Shown here: positions 1 through 7,699 of the stretch, piece by piece | Numbering within the stretch: position 1 is the first letter of the stretch | Layout of the letters: the number at the start of each line of letters is the position of its first letter | Assembly (NCBI GenBank): GCA_963731865.1 | Contig: CAVSXG010000002.1 | Coordinates: 455,271 to 519,270, forward strand | Reading direction: 5' to 3' | DNA length: 64,000 nucleotides | DNA from: an uncultured Chloroflexia bacterium | GTDB taxonomy: Bacteria; Chloroflexota; Limnocylindria; Limnocylindrales; CSP1-4 | Translations under genes and position numbers: made by a program | The notes under the pieces: model-generated | Told to the model about the DNA's origin: nothing | Seen by the model: only the letters and a program-made list of their open reading frames with translations | Databases searched by the model: none

Positions 1-684
1 GGAACCTATCTCCCCGGATCCAAGCTGCCAAACGAGGACGCCCTGGCCGAGCGCTTCGCGGTGAGCCGGGCGACGATCCGCGAAGCCGTCCGTGGGCTGG
101 TGGAGGAGGGCTATCTCTCCCGCCGTCATGGCTCCGGGACGTATGTCACGGCGCGGCCACTGCTGCGCAACTCCCTCGATCGCAACTTCTCGTACACGTC
201 CTACCTGGAATCAACCGGCGTTCAGGCGGGGCGCCGAACGCTGTCGATCGCGACCATCCCGGCCTCGGAGGCCGTCGCAGAGCACCTGCTGCTCGAACCT
301 GGGTCAGCCGTGGTGGAGCTTCGACGCGTGCGCACGGCTGATCGCCGGCCGGCCGTCTATTCCGTGGATCACCTGCCGGCCGACATCGTGGACGCCGAAC
401 GCGATCGCGAGCCCCTCGGCGGCTCGATGTACGCGTTGCTGGCGTCGCTCGGGCACCCGATCCTCCACGGCGAGGCCGTCATCTCTCCGGCCAGCGCCGA
501 CACCGAGCTCGCGGCGGTGCTCGAGGTGCCGACGGGGACGTTGCTCCAGCACCTCGAGCAGGTCGACGTCGATGCGGCGGGTCGGCGGGTGATGCTATCG
601 CTCGAGTGGCATGTCCCAAGCGTCATCGAGCTGCGTGTCTACCGGCGTGGCCCAGGCGTGACGGATGGCGAGGCGCGCTCCTAG
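1..684 (+). CDS. GntR/HutC-family transcriptional regulator (5' end cut by window edge)
   Basis: Frame 1 is open from base 1. 'LPNEDALAERFAVSRATIREAVRGLVEEGYLSRRHGSGTYV' is a GntR winged-helix HTH and the remainder resembles a UTRA effector domain. Stop at 682-684. Confidence 0.85.
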   Translation, partial: GTYLPGSKLPNEDALAERFAVSRATIREAVRGLVEEGYLSRRHGSGTYVTARPLLRNSLDRNFSYTSYLESTGVQAGRRTLSIATIPASEAVAEHLLLEPGSAVVELRRVRTADRRPAVYSVDHLPADIVDAERDREPLGGSMYALLASLGHPILHGEAVISPASADTELAAVLEVPTGTLLQHLEQVDVDAAGRRVMLSLEWHVPSVIELRVYRRGPGVTDGEARS

Positions 685-699
685 CGTCGCGCCCGACCG

Positions 700-1263
700 T
701 TATCGCCCCGGCTGCCAGAGCGGCTCGGGGACCGCGCGTTCGTGGTTCTCGAACCTTGCCATCACGAACAGCGCGTCTGACAGGCGGTTGAGGTAGGGGA
801 GCACGGTAGGCCCGAGCTCCTCCTCGCGCGCCAGCGTCGTTGCGGCGCGCTCGGCTCGACGGCAGATCGTTCGCGCGACGTGGAGCTGGGCAGCGCCTGG
901 CGACCCGCCTGGCAAGAGGAAATTCGCAAGCGGCCCGACCACGTCATTGAGCTCGTCGATCAATCGCTCGAGCTTTTCGACGTGCCGTGGCTCGACCGTC
1001 GGCACAGGATGCCGAGCCTGGCTCGTCGCTGGCGTCGCAAGGTCTGATCCGAGGTCAAACAGCTCGTTCTGGATCAGCGGGAGCTCCTCGGCAAGGCGAC
1101 TGCACAGGCCGGTCGCGAGGGCCACACCAATCTGCGAATTGAGCTCGTCCACCGTGCCGTACGTATCGACCCGTTGCGAATCCTTTGGAACGCGCTGCCC
1201 GCCGCCCAGACCCGTGAGCCCCTCGTCACCGGTCTTCGTGTAGATCTTCGTCAGGCGTGGCAT
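700..1263 (-). CDS. ATP:cob(I)alamin adenosyltransferase, PduO type
   Basis: 187-aa ORF. '[19 protein letters not shown]', '[15 protein letters not shown]' and '[14 protein letters not shown]' are typical of the PduO/MMAB family. Confidence 0.85.
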   Translation of the reverse strand: MPRLTKIYTKTGDEGLTGLGGGQRVPKDSQRVDTYGTVDELNSQIGVALATGLCSRLAEELPLIQNELFDLGSDLATPATSQARHPVPTVEPRHVEKLERLIDELNDVVGPLANFLLPGGSPGAAQLHVARTICRRAERAATTLAREEELGPTVLPYLNRLSDALFVMARFENHERAVPEPLWQPGR

Positions 1264-1381
1264 GGCCGCTCTCCGTGGTATTCAGGACCCGAACGCATTG
1301 TCCGCAATCCCGGCGCCGGGCGTCGATACCCCGCGTCGACGGGCCGCCGGGCCTGACCAACGCGCCCCGCCACGCTGATCA

Positions 1382-2551
1382 CGTCCAGATACGTGCGTGA
1401 CACCGGGGCTGGGCGCGGAGTGAGGCGAACCCGGGGCTGAAAACGAGTCGAGAGCCCTCGCTACGCTGGTGGTGTCAAGACATCAGCAACGGAGGCTCTC
1501 GATGCGCAAGTCTACGCGGGCTCGATCGCCGAGGGGACGGAACGCGGGTGGTCAGCTCATCGTCACCACCAGGCGCCAACCACCCGCCGTTGCACCCGAT
1601 CTGTCGCGCGATGCCCGGCGACGGCTGGCGATGGTCGACTGGCATCGCGCCCATGGTGCCAACATCAGCCGGACCGCCCGCCACTTCGGCTACTCGCGGC
1701 CGACCGTCTATCGCTGGCTTGCGCGCTATGACCGCTTCCGGCTCGAGACGCTCGAGGACCGCCCTTCGGCGCCACATCGACGACGTCGATCGACCTGGAC
1801 GATCGAGCAACTGGGCGCCGTCCGCGACGTCCGGCTCCAATACCCGCGCTGGGGCAAGGACAAGCTGCGGGTGCTGCTGCGCCGGGCCGGCATCGTCCTG
1901 TCGGTGTCGATGATCGGGCGGATCCTGGCCCGCCTGCGCCGCTCGGGCGAACTGCACGAGCCGGCCGCTCGACGCCGGATGAGCGTGCGCCAGCGACGCT
2001 GGGCACGGCCGTACGCGATCCGCCGACCGGCCGACTGGGTGGTCGAACGACCAGGCGACCTGGTCGAGCTCGACACCCTCGACATCCGGCCACTGCCCAG
2101 CCAGATCTGGAAGCAGTTCACCGCCCGGGACGTGGTCAGCCGCTGGGACACCGTCGAGCTCGGCCGACGGGCGACCGCGCAGGCCGCGGCCGACGTCCTC
2201 GACCGGCTGGCCGAGCGGATGCCGTTCCCGATCCGCGCCATCAGCATCGACAACGGCTCCGAGTTCATGGCCCAGTTCGAGGCCGCCTGCCAGGCCCGGG
2301 GCATCCGCTTGTTCGTCCTGCCGCCGCGCTCGCCCAAGCTGCACGGCGCGGTCGAGCGGGCCAACCGCACCCACACCGAGGAGTTCTACCAGGTGACCGA
2401 CGCCCTACCCGAGCTTGCCGCCTTCCAGGCCGAGCTGCGAGCCTGGGAAGTCGTGTACAACACTGTCCGACCACACCAGGCTCTGGGCTACCTCACCCCG
2501 GCCGAATACCTGGCCTCTGTTGGGGTCGAGGTGTAACGGACGTACTGGACG
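1382..2551 (+). mobile_element. IS481-family insertion sequence (single transposase, imperfect terminal inverted repeats)
   Basis: Left end cgtccagatacgtgcgtgacacc (1382-1404) aligns with the reverse complement of ggtgtaacggacgtactggacg (2530-2551): 20 matches, 2 mismatches, one 1-nt gap. The repeats bracket one DDE transposase ORF. I could not recognise a target-site duplication. Confidence 0.6.
1502..2536 (+). CDS. IS481-family DDE transposase (HTH + rve integrase core)
   Basis: HTH 'ISRTARHFGYSRPTVYRWLARY'. Candidate DDE residues lie in 'LDTLDI', 'SIDNGSEF' and 'HGAVERANRT'. The C-terminal 'YNTVRPHQALGYLTPAEY' is typical. GGAGG lies 8 nt upstream of ATG 1502, and the ORF is open from GTG 1469. 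No frameshift. Confidence 0.85.
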   Translation: MRKSTRARSPRGRNAGGQLIVTTRRQPPAVAPDLSRDARRRLAMVDWHRAHGANISRTARHFGYSRPTVYRWLARYDRFRLETLEDRPSAPHRRRRSTWTIEQLGAVRDVRLQYPRWGKDKLRVLLRRAGIVLSVSMIGRILARLRRSGELHEPAARRRMSVRQRRWARPYAIRRPADWVVERPGDLVELDTLDIRPLPSQIWKQFTARDVVSRWDTVELGRRATAQAAADVLDRLAERMPFPIRAISIDNGSEFMAQFEAACQARGIRLFVLPPRSPKLHGAVERANRTHTEEFYQVTDALPELAAFQAELRAWEVVYNTVRPHQALGYLTPAEYLASVGVEV

Positions 2552-2562
2552 AGTACACCAGT

Positions 2563-2591
2563 TTGCCGCATCGGGGATTGCCTGCTACCAT
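2563..2591 (+). promoter_or_regulatory. Putative sigma-70-type promoter of rpsO (TTGCCG-N17-TACCAT)
   Basis: Hexamers at 2563-2568 and 2586-2591 with a 17-nt spacer, about 55 nt upstream of the rpsO start and immediately beyond the right IS end. Pattern match only. Confidence 0.3.
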
Positions 2592-2644
2592 CCGCCGGTC
2601 ATAGAAGAACGCCAAAACAAAGAAGTTCGTGTTCGGAGGAACGA

Positions 2645-2914
2645 GTGCCGCTGGCGCGGGAAGAGAAGCAGGAGATCATCACCGGGTATGCCACCAAGGA
2701 AGGTGACACCGGTTCACCGGAGGTCCAGGTCGCGCTCCTGACGGAGCGGATCAAGGAACTGACCGGACATCTCAAGAGCTTCCCCAAGGACAATCATTCG
2801 CGCCGCGGCCTCCTCAAGCTCGTCGGTCAGCGCCGCCGTCTTCTTGCATACCTGATGAAGAAGGACAGCGCGCGCTATCGAGTCGTCATTGGACGGCTCG
2901 GGCTCCGCCGCTAG
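2645..2914 (+). CDS. rpsO: 30S ribosomal protein S15
   Basis: 89 aa. '[51 protein letters not shown]' is canonical S15. GGAGG precedes the GTG start. Confidence 0.95.
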   Translation: MPLAREEKQEIITGYATKEGDTGSPEVQVALLTERIKELTGHLKSFPKDNHSRRGLLKLVGQRRRLLAYLMKKDSARYRVVIGRLGLRR

Positions 2915-2927
2915 GCGATCCGCCCCC

Positions 2928-2949
2928 GGACCCCGGTATCCCGGGGTCC
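2928..2949 (+). terminator. Perfect 9-bp GC hairpin between rpsO and pnp (terminator/attenuator candidate)
   Basis: ggaccccgg-tatc-ccggggtcc followed by tctcgcgttc, 14 nt after the rpsO stop. Confidence 0.4.
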
Positions 2950-3028
2950 TCTCGCGTTCGCTCTGAAGCTCAGTCGGCCGACCCGTGCAGGTCGTTGCCT
3001 CCTCCACGACCAAGGAGGATAGGTTCCC

Positions 3029-5611
3029 TTGTCTCAGACTTTCGAGACACAGCTTGGTGGTCGAACGCTGACCATCGAAACCGGCAAACTCGCCCGTCTT
3101 GCCGGCGGCTCCGTCACCGTCCGATACGGCGACACCATGGTGCTCGGCACGGCCAACCGCGCCGAGCCGCGCCCCGGCCTCGACTTCTTCCCGCTCACGG
3201 TCGATTTCGAGGAGCGCATGTACGCCGCGGGCAAGATCCCGGGCGGCTTCATCAAGCGCGAGGCGCGACCCTCGGAGCACGCGATCCTGGCCGCCCGTCA
3301 GACGGACCGGCCGATCCGCCCGCTCTTTCCCGAGGGCTACAAGGACGACGTCCAGCTGGTCATCACCGTCCTCTCGACGGACCAGGAGAACAACCCGGAC
3401 GTCATCGGCACGATCGCGGCGTCCGCGGCGCTGACGATCAGCGAGATCCCGTTCAACGGTCCGATCGGATCGGTCCGCGTCGGACGGATCGACGGCGAAT
3501 TCGTCATCAACCCCACCCACACGCAGCTGGCCGACTCGGAGCTCGACCTGATCGTGGCCGGGACCAAGGACGCGATCATGATGGTCGAGGCCGGGGCCAA
3601 GCTCCTGCCCGAGGCCGTCATGGCCGAGGCGATCCTGTTCGGGCATCGCGCCCTCCAGCCGATCGTGGATCTCCAGGTGGAGCTCCAGAAGGCGCTGGGC
3701 AAGCCCAAGCGGATCCCGTACCTCGAGCCGTCGACCAATTCGGTCCTCGAGTTCGCGGATGCGACCGACGCCAAGCGCGAGCTCGTCGTCATCGACGTCG
3801 AGACGACCGGGACCGACCCGAAGATGGCCGACCTCCTCGAGGTCGCCGCGGTCAAGATCAAGGGCACGAAGGTCGTCGATCGCTGGTCCACCTTCGTCAA
3901 TCCCGGCCGACCGATCGTCGGCAACCAGATGCACGGCATCACCGACAAGGACGTCAAGGGGGCCCCGAACGCCAAGGAAGCGGCCGAGAAGCTGCTGGCC
4001 TTCGTCGGTGACGCGTTGATCGTCGGCCACAACGTCGGCTTCGACATCGGCTTCATCGAAGAGGCCATGGGCGACGGGTTCCGCGTCAAGCCAGGGTCAT
4101 ACATCGACACCCTGATGATCGCGCGCGAAGGGTATCCCGGTGCCGAGTCGTACAAGCTCGGCGATCTGGCGAGGTTCTTCGGGGTCGAGCTCGCGCAGGG
4201 CCACCGCGCTCTTGCGGATGCCGAGGCGACCGCCAATCTCCTGATCTGGTTCGCCAACGACCTACCGGGTCGCATCGCCACCCTCCGCGAGTCGATCGCC
4301 GAGGCCGTGCGGGCGAACCGGACTGGCGGCGACACCACCAAGCTCCTCGAGGCGGCCCGGCGTCAGGCGCGAGTCGGCAAGGCCCTGTTCAGCCTGATCC
4401 AGAAGAAGACGGTCCGCCGGATCGTGCTCGACGAAGGGATCCGGATCGACGGCCGCGGCCTTACGGACATCCGGCCGATCTCGGTCGAGGTCGGTCTCGT
4501 GCCGCGCGCCCACGGCTCGGGTCTGTTCACGCGCGGTGAGACGCAGGCGCTGACCGTCGCCACGCTCGGCGCGTCCTCGGACGTCCAGCGGATCGACACG
4601 ATCAGCCCGGAGACCGAGAAGCGCTACCTCCACCACTACAACTTCCCGCCGTACAGCACGGGCGAGAACAAGATGATGCGCGGGCCAAGCCGGCGCGACA
4701 TCGGCCACGGCCACCTCGCCGAGCGGGCGCTTGTGCCCGTCCTGCCGTCGCAGGAGGAGTTCCCATACGTGATCCGGCTCGTGTCGGAGTGCGTGACGTC
4801 GAACGGCTCCACGTCGATGGCATCGACCTGCGGCTCGACGCTCGCCCTCATGGACGCCGGCGTGCCGATCAAGGCTCCGGTTGCCGGTGCGGCGATGGGC
4901 CTGATCAGCGAACCGGATGGCCGGTTCGTGGTCCTGACCGACATCCTCGGCAAGGAGGACTCGATCGGGGACATGGACTTCAAGGTCACCGGGACGCGTG
5001 ATGGCGTCACGGCGCTCCAGATGGACATCAAGGTCCAGGGGATCAGCGAGGCGATCATCCGCGACGGCCTCAAGCAGGCCCTCACGGCCCGCCTCCAGAT
5101 TCTCGACAAGATGGCCGAGGTGCTCCCGGCAGCCCGCGAGACGATGAGCGACTTCGCGCCGCGCATCATCACGATCAAGATCAACCCCGAGAAGATCCGC
5201 GAGATCATCGGCAAGGGTGGATCGATGATCCGCAAGATCCAGGAAGAGACCCAGACGGAAATCAACGTCGAGGACGACGGCACGGTGGAGATCGCGGCCG
5301 TCTCCGGCGAAAACTCGCGCAAGGCGATCCAGTGGATCGAAAGCCTCACCCGCGAGGTCGAGATCGGCGCGCTGTACCTGGGCAAGGTCACCCGGATCAT
5401 GGGCTTCGGCGCGTTCGTCGAGATCCTGCCGGGCAAGGAAGGCCTCGTCCGGATCGGCGAGCTCGCCGACTACCACGTGCCGAGCGTCGAGGACGTCGTG
5501 TCCGTCGGCGACGAGGTGATGGTCGTCGTGACCGAGGTCGACCGCCAGGGCCGGGTCAACCTGTCGCGCAAGGCGGCCATGCAGCGCCACCTGGCAAAGG
5601 ACCCGGCATAG
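3029..5611 (+). CDS. pnp: Polynucleotide phosphorylase with an inserted DEDDh exonuclease domain
   Basis: 860-aa uninterrupted ORF with a TTG start 9 nt after AAGGAGGA. RNase PH core 1 has 'FFPLTVDFEERMYAAGKIPGGF'. Core 2 has 'RIDGRGLTDIRPI', 'GSGLFTRGETQAL' and 'GDMDFKVTGT'. KH has 'GKGGSMIRKIQ' and S1 has 'GKVTRIMGFGAFVEI'. The ORF is about 150 aa longer than typical PNPases because of the insert at 3770-4290. Confidence 0.95.
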   Translation: MSQTFETQLGGRTLTIETGKLARLAGGSVTVRYGDTMVLGTANRAEPRPGLDFFPLTVDFEERMYAAGKIPGGFIKREARPSEHAILAARQTDRPIRPLFPEGYKDDVQLVITVLSTDQENNPDVIGTIAASAALTISEIPFNGPIGSVRVGRIDGEFVINPTHTQLADSELDLIVAGTKDAIMMVEAGAKLLPEAVMAEAILFGHRALQPIVDLQVELQKALGKPKRIPYLEPSTNSVLEFADATDAKRELVVIDVETTGTDPKMADLLEVAAVKIKGTKVVDRWSTFVNPGRPIVGNQMHGITDKDVKGAPNAKEAAEKLLAFVGDALIVGHNVGFDIGFIEEAMGDGFRVKPGSYIDTLMIAREGYPGAESYKLGDLARFFGVELAQGHRALADAEATANLLIWFANDLPGRIATLRESIAEAVRANRTGGDTTKLLEAARRQARVGKALFSLIQKKTVRRIVLDEGIRIDGRGLTDIRPISVEVGLVPRAHGSGLFTRGETQALTVATLGASSDVQRIDTISPETEKRYLHHYNFPPYSTGENKMMRGPSRRDIGHGHLAERALVPVLPSQEEFPYVIRLVSECVTSNGSTSMASTCGSTLALMDAGVPIKAPVAGAAMGLISEPDGRFVVLTDILGKEDSIGDMDFKVTGTRDGVTALQMDIKVQGISEAIIRDGLKQALTARLQILDKMAEVLPAARETMSDFAPRIITIKINPEKIREIIGKGGSMIRKIQEETQTEINVEDDGTVEIAAVSGENSRKAIQWIESLTREVEIGALYLGKVTRIMGFGAFVEILPGKEGLVRIGELADYHVPSVEDVVSVGDEVMVVVTEVDRQGRVNLSRKAAMQRHLAKDPA
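3770..4290 (+). other. DnaQ/RNase T-like DEDDh 3'-5' exonuclease domain embedded in pnp
   Basis: Exo I is 'VVIDVETTG' (D 3794-3796, E 3800-3802). Exo II is 'VGHNVGFDIGF' (about 4022-4057). Exo III is 'HRALAD' (H 4202-4204, D 4217-4219, i.e. H-x4-D). All are in frame with the flanking PNPase sequence. Confidence 0.8.
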
Positions 5612-5639
5612 CGTCCAGCCCAACCACGCAGCACCTGGG

Positions 5640-5675
5640 GGAGCCGCCGGGCGACCGGCGGCTCCTCTCGTTTCC
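5640..5675 (+). terminator. Intrinsic terminator-like hairpin after pnp
   Basis: ggagccgccgg-gcga-ccggcggctcc (11 bp perfect) followed by tctcgtttcc. It starts 29 nt after the pnp stop. Confidence 0.55.
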
Positions 5676-5796
5676 GGAGGGCGGTTCAGACCACTCGCGG
5701 CCGTCCCGTGTTGACGTGGATCGACCGGATTCGATCCCGCAGGAGCCGCTGCTATACTCGGTTCGTGCCCGTCCCAGCGACTGAGCGAGCGGAGCC

Positions 5797-6897
5797 ATGT
5801 CACGGATGAACCGCCAACCACTCACCGTCGCCGTCGTGGGCGCCACGGGCGTCGTCGGACGGACGATGATCCAGATCCTCAACGAACGGGAATTTCCGGT
5901 CGGTGAGTTGCGCCTGCTTGCCTCCGGGCGTTCGGCAGGCCGCAGCGTCATCGTCGATGGTCGGACCCTCGAGATCGCCGAAGCGGTTCCCGAGGCGTTC
6001 GAAGGCGTCGACATCGCCCTCTTCTCGGCCGGCGCCGACGTGTCGCGGGACCTGGCGCCGGCAGCGGTCTCCAGGGGCGCCACCGTCATCGACAACTCGT
6101 CCGCGTGGCGGATGGAGCCAACCGTCCCGTTGGTCGTCTCACAGGTCAATCCAGACGACCTCGAAGGGCATCCGGGGATCGTCGCCAACCCCAACTGCTC
6201 GACGATGCAGCTGGCGCCCGTGCTGATGGCCCTGCGCGATACGGTCGGGATCGAGCGAGTCATCGTCGACACCTACCAGTCCGTGTCGGGCACCGGCGCC
6301 GATGCGCTCGCCGAGCTCGAGGGCCAGATCCGGGCCCATGTCTCGGGCGAGCCAAAGACAGCGAGCGTCTATCCGCACCCGATCGCGTTCAACGCGCTGC
6401 CCGAGATCGATGTCTTCCTGCCCAACGGCTACACCAAGGAGGAATGGAAGGTCGTCAACGAGAACCGCAAGATCCTGGGCCTGCCCGATCTGCGCATCTC
6501 GTGCACGGCGGTGCGGATCCCCGTCTTCGTGAGCCACTCCGAGGCCGTCCACGTCGAGACGCGCGACCCGATCACGCCCGAGCGCGCTCGCGAGCTGTTC
6601 GCGGCCGTCGCCCGGCGTCCTCGTCCAGGACGATCCCGAGGCGCACGAGTATCCCGCTCGCCTCGGACGCCGCCGGCCGCGACGAGATCTTCGTGGGGCG
6701 GGTTCGCCGCGACGTCTCGATCGATGATGACCGTGGTCTTGCGTTCTGGGTCGTCTCCGACAACCTGCGCAAGGGGGCCGCGACGAACGCCGTCGAGATC
6801 GCGGAGCTGCTCCGCGAGCGGGAGCTGGGTCGCGTCTGCCTCCGCCCGTGGGGCCCGCCCGTACCGCGCCATGGGCGCCGTCGGGGCCACGGCGTGA
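5797..6897 (+). pseudogene. asd: Aspartate-semialdehyde dehydrogenase, frameshifted as sequenced (probably artefactual)
   Basis: Motifs 'VAVVGATGVVGRTM', active-site 'ANPNCSTMQ' and 'DTYQSVSGTG'. The conserved sequence continues in frame 2 after CCC 6611-6613 ('PGVLVQDDPEAHEYP'). It then continues in frame 3 after CCC 6653-6655 ('LASDAAGRDEIFVGRVRRD...SDNLRKGAATNAVEIAELL'). A third shift is needed to reach the frame-1 stop at 6895-6897. Confidence 0.85.
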
Positions 6898-7697
6898 CGG
6901 ACCTCGAGCGCCGGCAGGTGCTCGACGCCATCGCCGCTGAGGTCCGGGTGTGCACGAACTGCCGGTTGCACGAGACCCGGACGAACGCCGTTCCTGGTGA
7001 GGGCGACCCGGAGACCGAGGTCGTGTTCGTCGGCGAGGGCCCGGGCTTCAACGAGGACCGGGGCGGGCGACCGTTCATCGGTCGCGCTGGCGATCTGCTG
7101 GTCAAGCTGCTGGCCTCGATCGGTTGGCGTCGCGAGGAGGTCTTCATCACCAACATCGTCAAGTGCCGGCCACCCGAGAACCGCGACCCGCTCCCGGACG
7201 AGGTCGCGGCATGTGCGCCGTACCTGCACCGACAACTCGCCGCGCTCGACCCCGCGGTGATCGTGACGCTGGGGCGGCACTCGATGGCCCGGTTCATGCC
7301 CGGCGCGCGGATCTCGCAAGCGCACGGCACGGTTCGCCCGGTCGATCCCGAAACCGGCGCCCAGGACGCGCTCGTATTCGCCATGTACCACCCGGCGGCA
7401 GCGCTCCGGACAGGGGCGATCGAGGCCGAGAGCTACGCGGACATCGCCGGCGTCCCGATTGCCTTGCTCGACGCCCGTCGCCGTCGCGAGACGGCGAGGG
7501 TTCAGCGGGAGACTGCTGCGCGTCCCGTCGACGCGACACCCGCCACTGCCGTACCCGTCGCCGCGACGCCCGCTGCGCCAGCCGAGCCGACGACCACCCC
7601 CGACGGGAGCGACCGAGTGGGGGTCACCGCTGACAGCCAGCTCGATCCCTCGGCGCGTCCCGGCGAGACCACCACGCCCCAGCTGACCCTCTTCTAG
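6894..7697 (+). CDS. Family-4 uracil-DNA glycosylase (Fe-S type) with Pro/Ala/Thr-rich C-terminal tail
   Basis: Motifs 'CTNCRLHETRTNAVPGEGDPETEVVFVGEGPG', 'GRPFIGRAGDLL', 'ITNIVKCRPPENRDP' and 'MYHPAAALR'. GTG 6894 overlaps TGA 6895-6897. The start is inferred, because this frame is also open upstream through the asd 3' part. Confidence 0.8.
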   Translation: MTDLERRQVLDAIAAEVRVCTNCRLHETRTNAVPGEGDPETEVVFVGEGPGFNEDRGGRPFIGRAGDLLVKLLASIGWRREEVFITNIVKCRPPENRDPLPDEVAACAPYLHRQLAALDPAVIVTLGRHSMARFMPGARISQAHGTVRPVDPETGAQDALVFAMYHPAAALRTGAIEAESYADIAGVPIALLDARRRRETARVQRETAARPVDATPATAVPVAATPAAPAEPTTTPDGSDRVGVTADSQLDPSARPGETTTPQLTLF

Positions 7698-7699
7698 CC

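Noticed and set aside
5718-5741. tRNA-like 'ggattcgatcc' (T-loop-like) sequence upstream of asd
   Set aside because: The surrounding sequence cannot be folded into acceptor, D or anticodon arms. It is just a 7-bp palindrome, ggatcga-N6-tcgatcc. No tRNA is called anywhere in the window.
2714-5821. Long minus-strand ORFs 2714-4030 (438 aa), 3337-4341 (334 aa) and 4262-5821 (519 aa)
   Set aside because: They are antisense to rpsO and pnp, and they have low-complexity Arg/Asp/Gly/Leu composition. The plus strand carries complete S15 and PNPase signatures.
6105-7697. Apparent 530-aa fusion ORF covering the asd 3' part and UDG
   Set aside because: Its first roughly 170 codons are out of frame for asd and translate to Arg/Pro-rich nonsense. 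It only appears continuous because of the frameshifts and a missing stop. It is better explained as asd (frameshifted) plus a separate UDG starting at GTG 6894.
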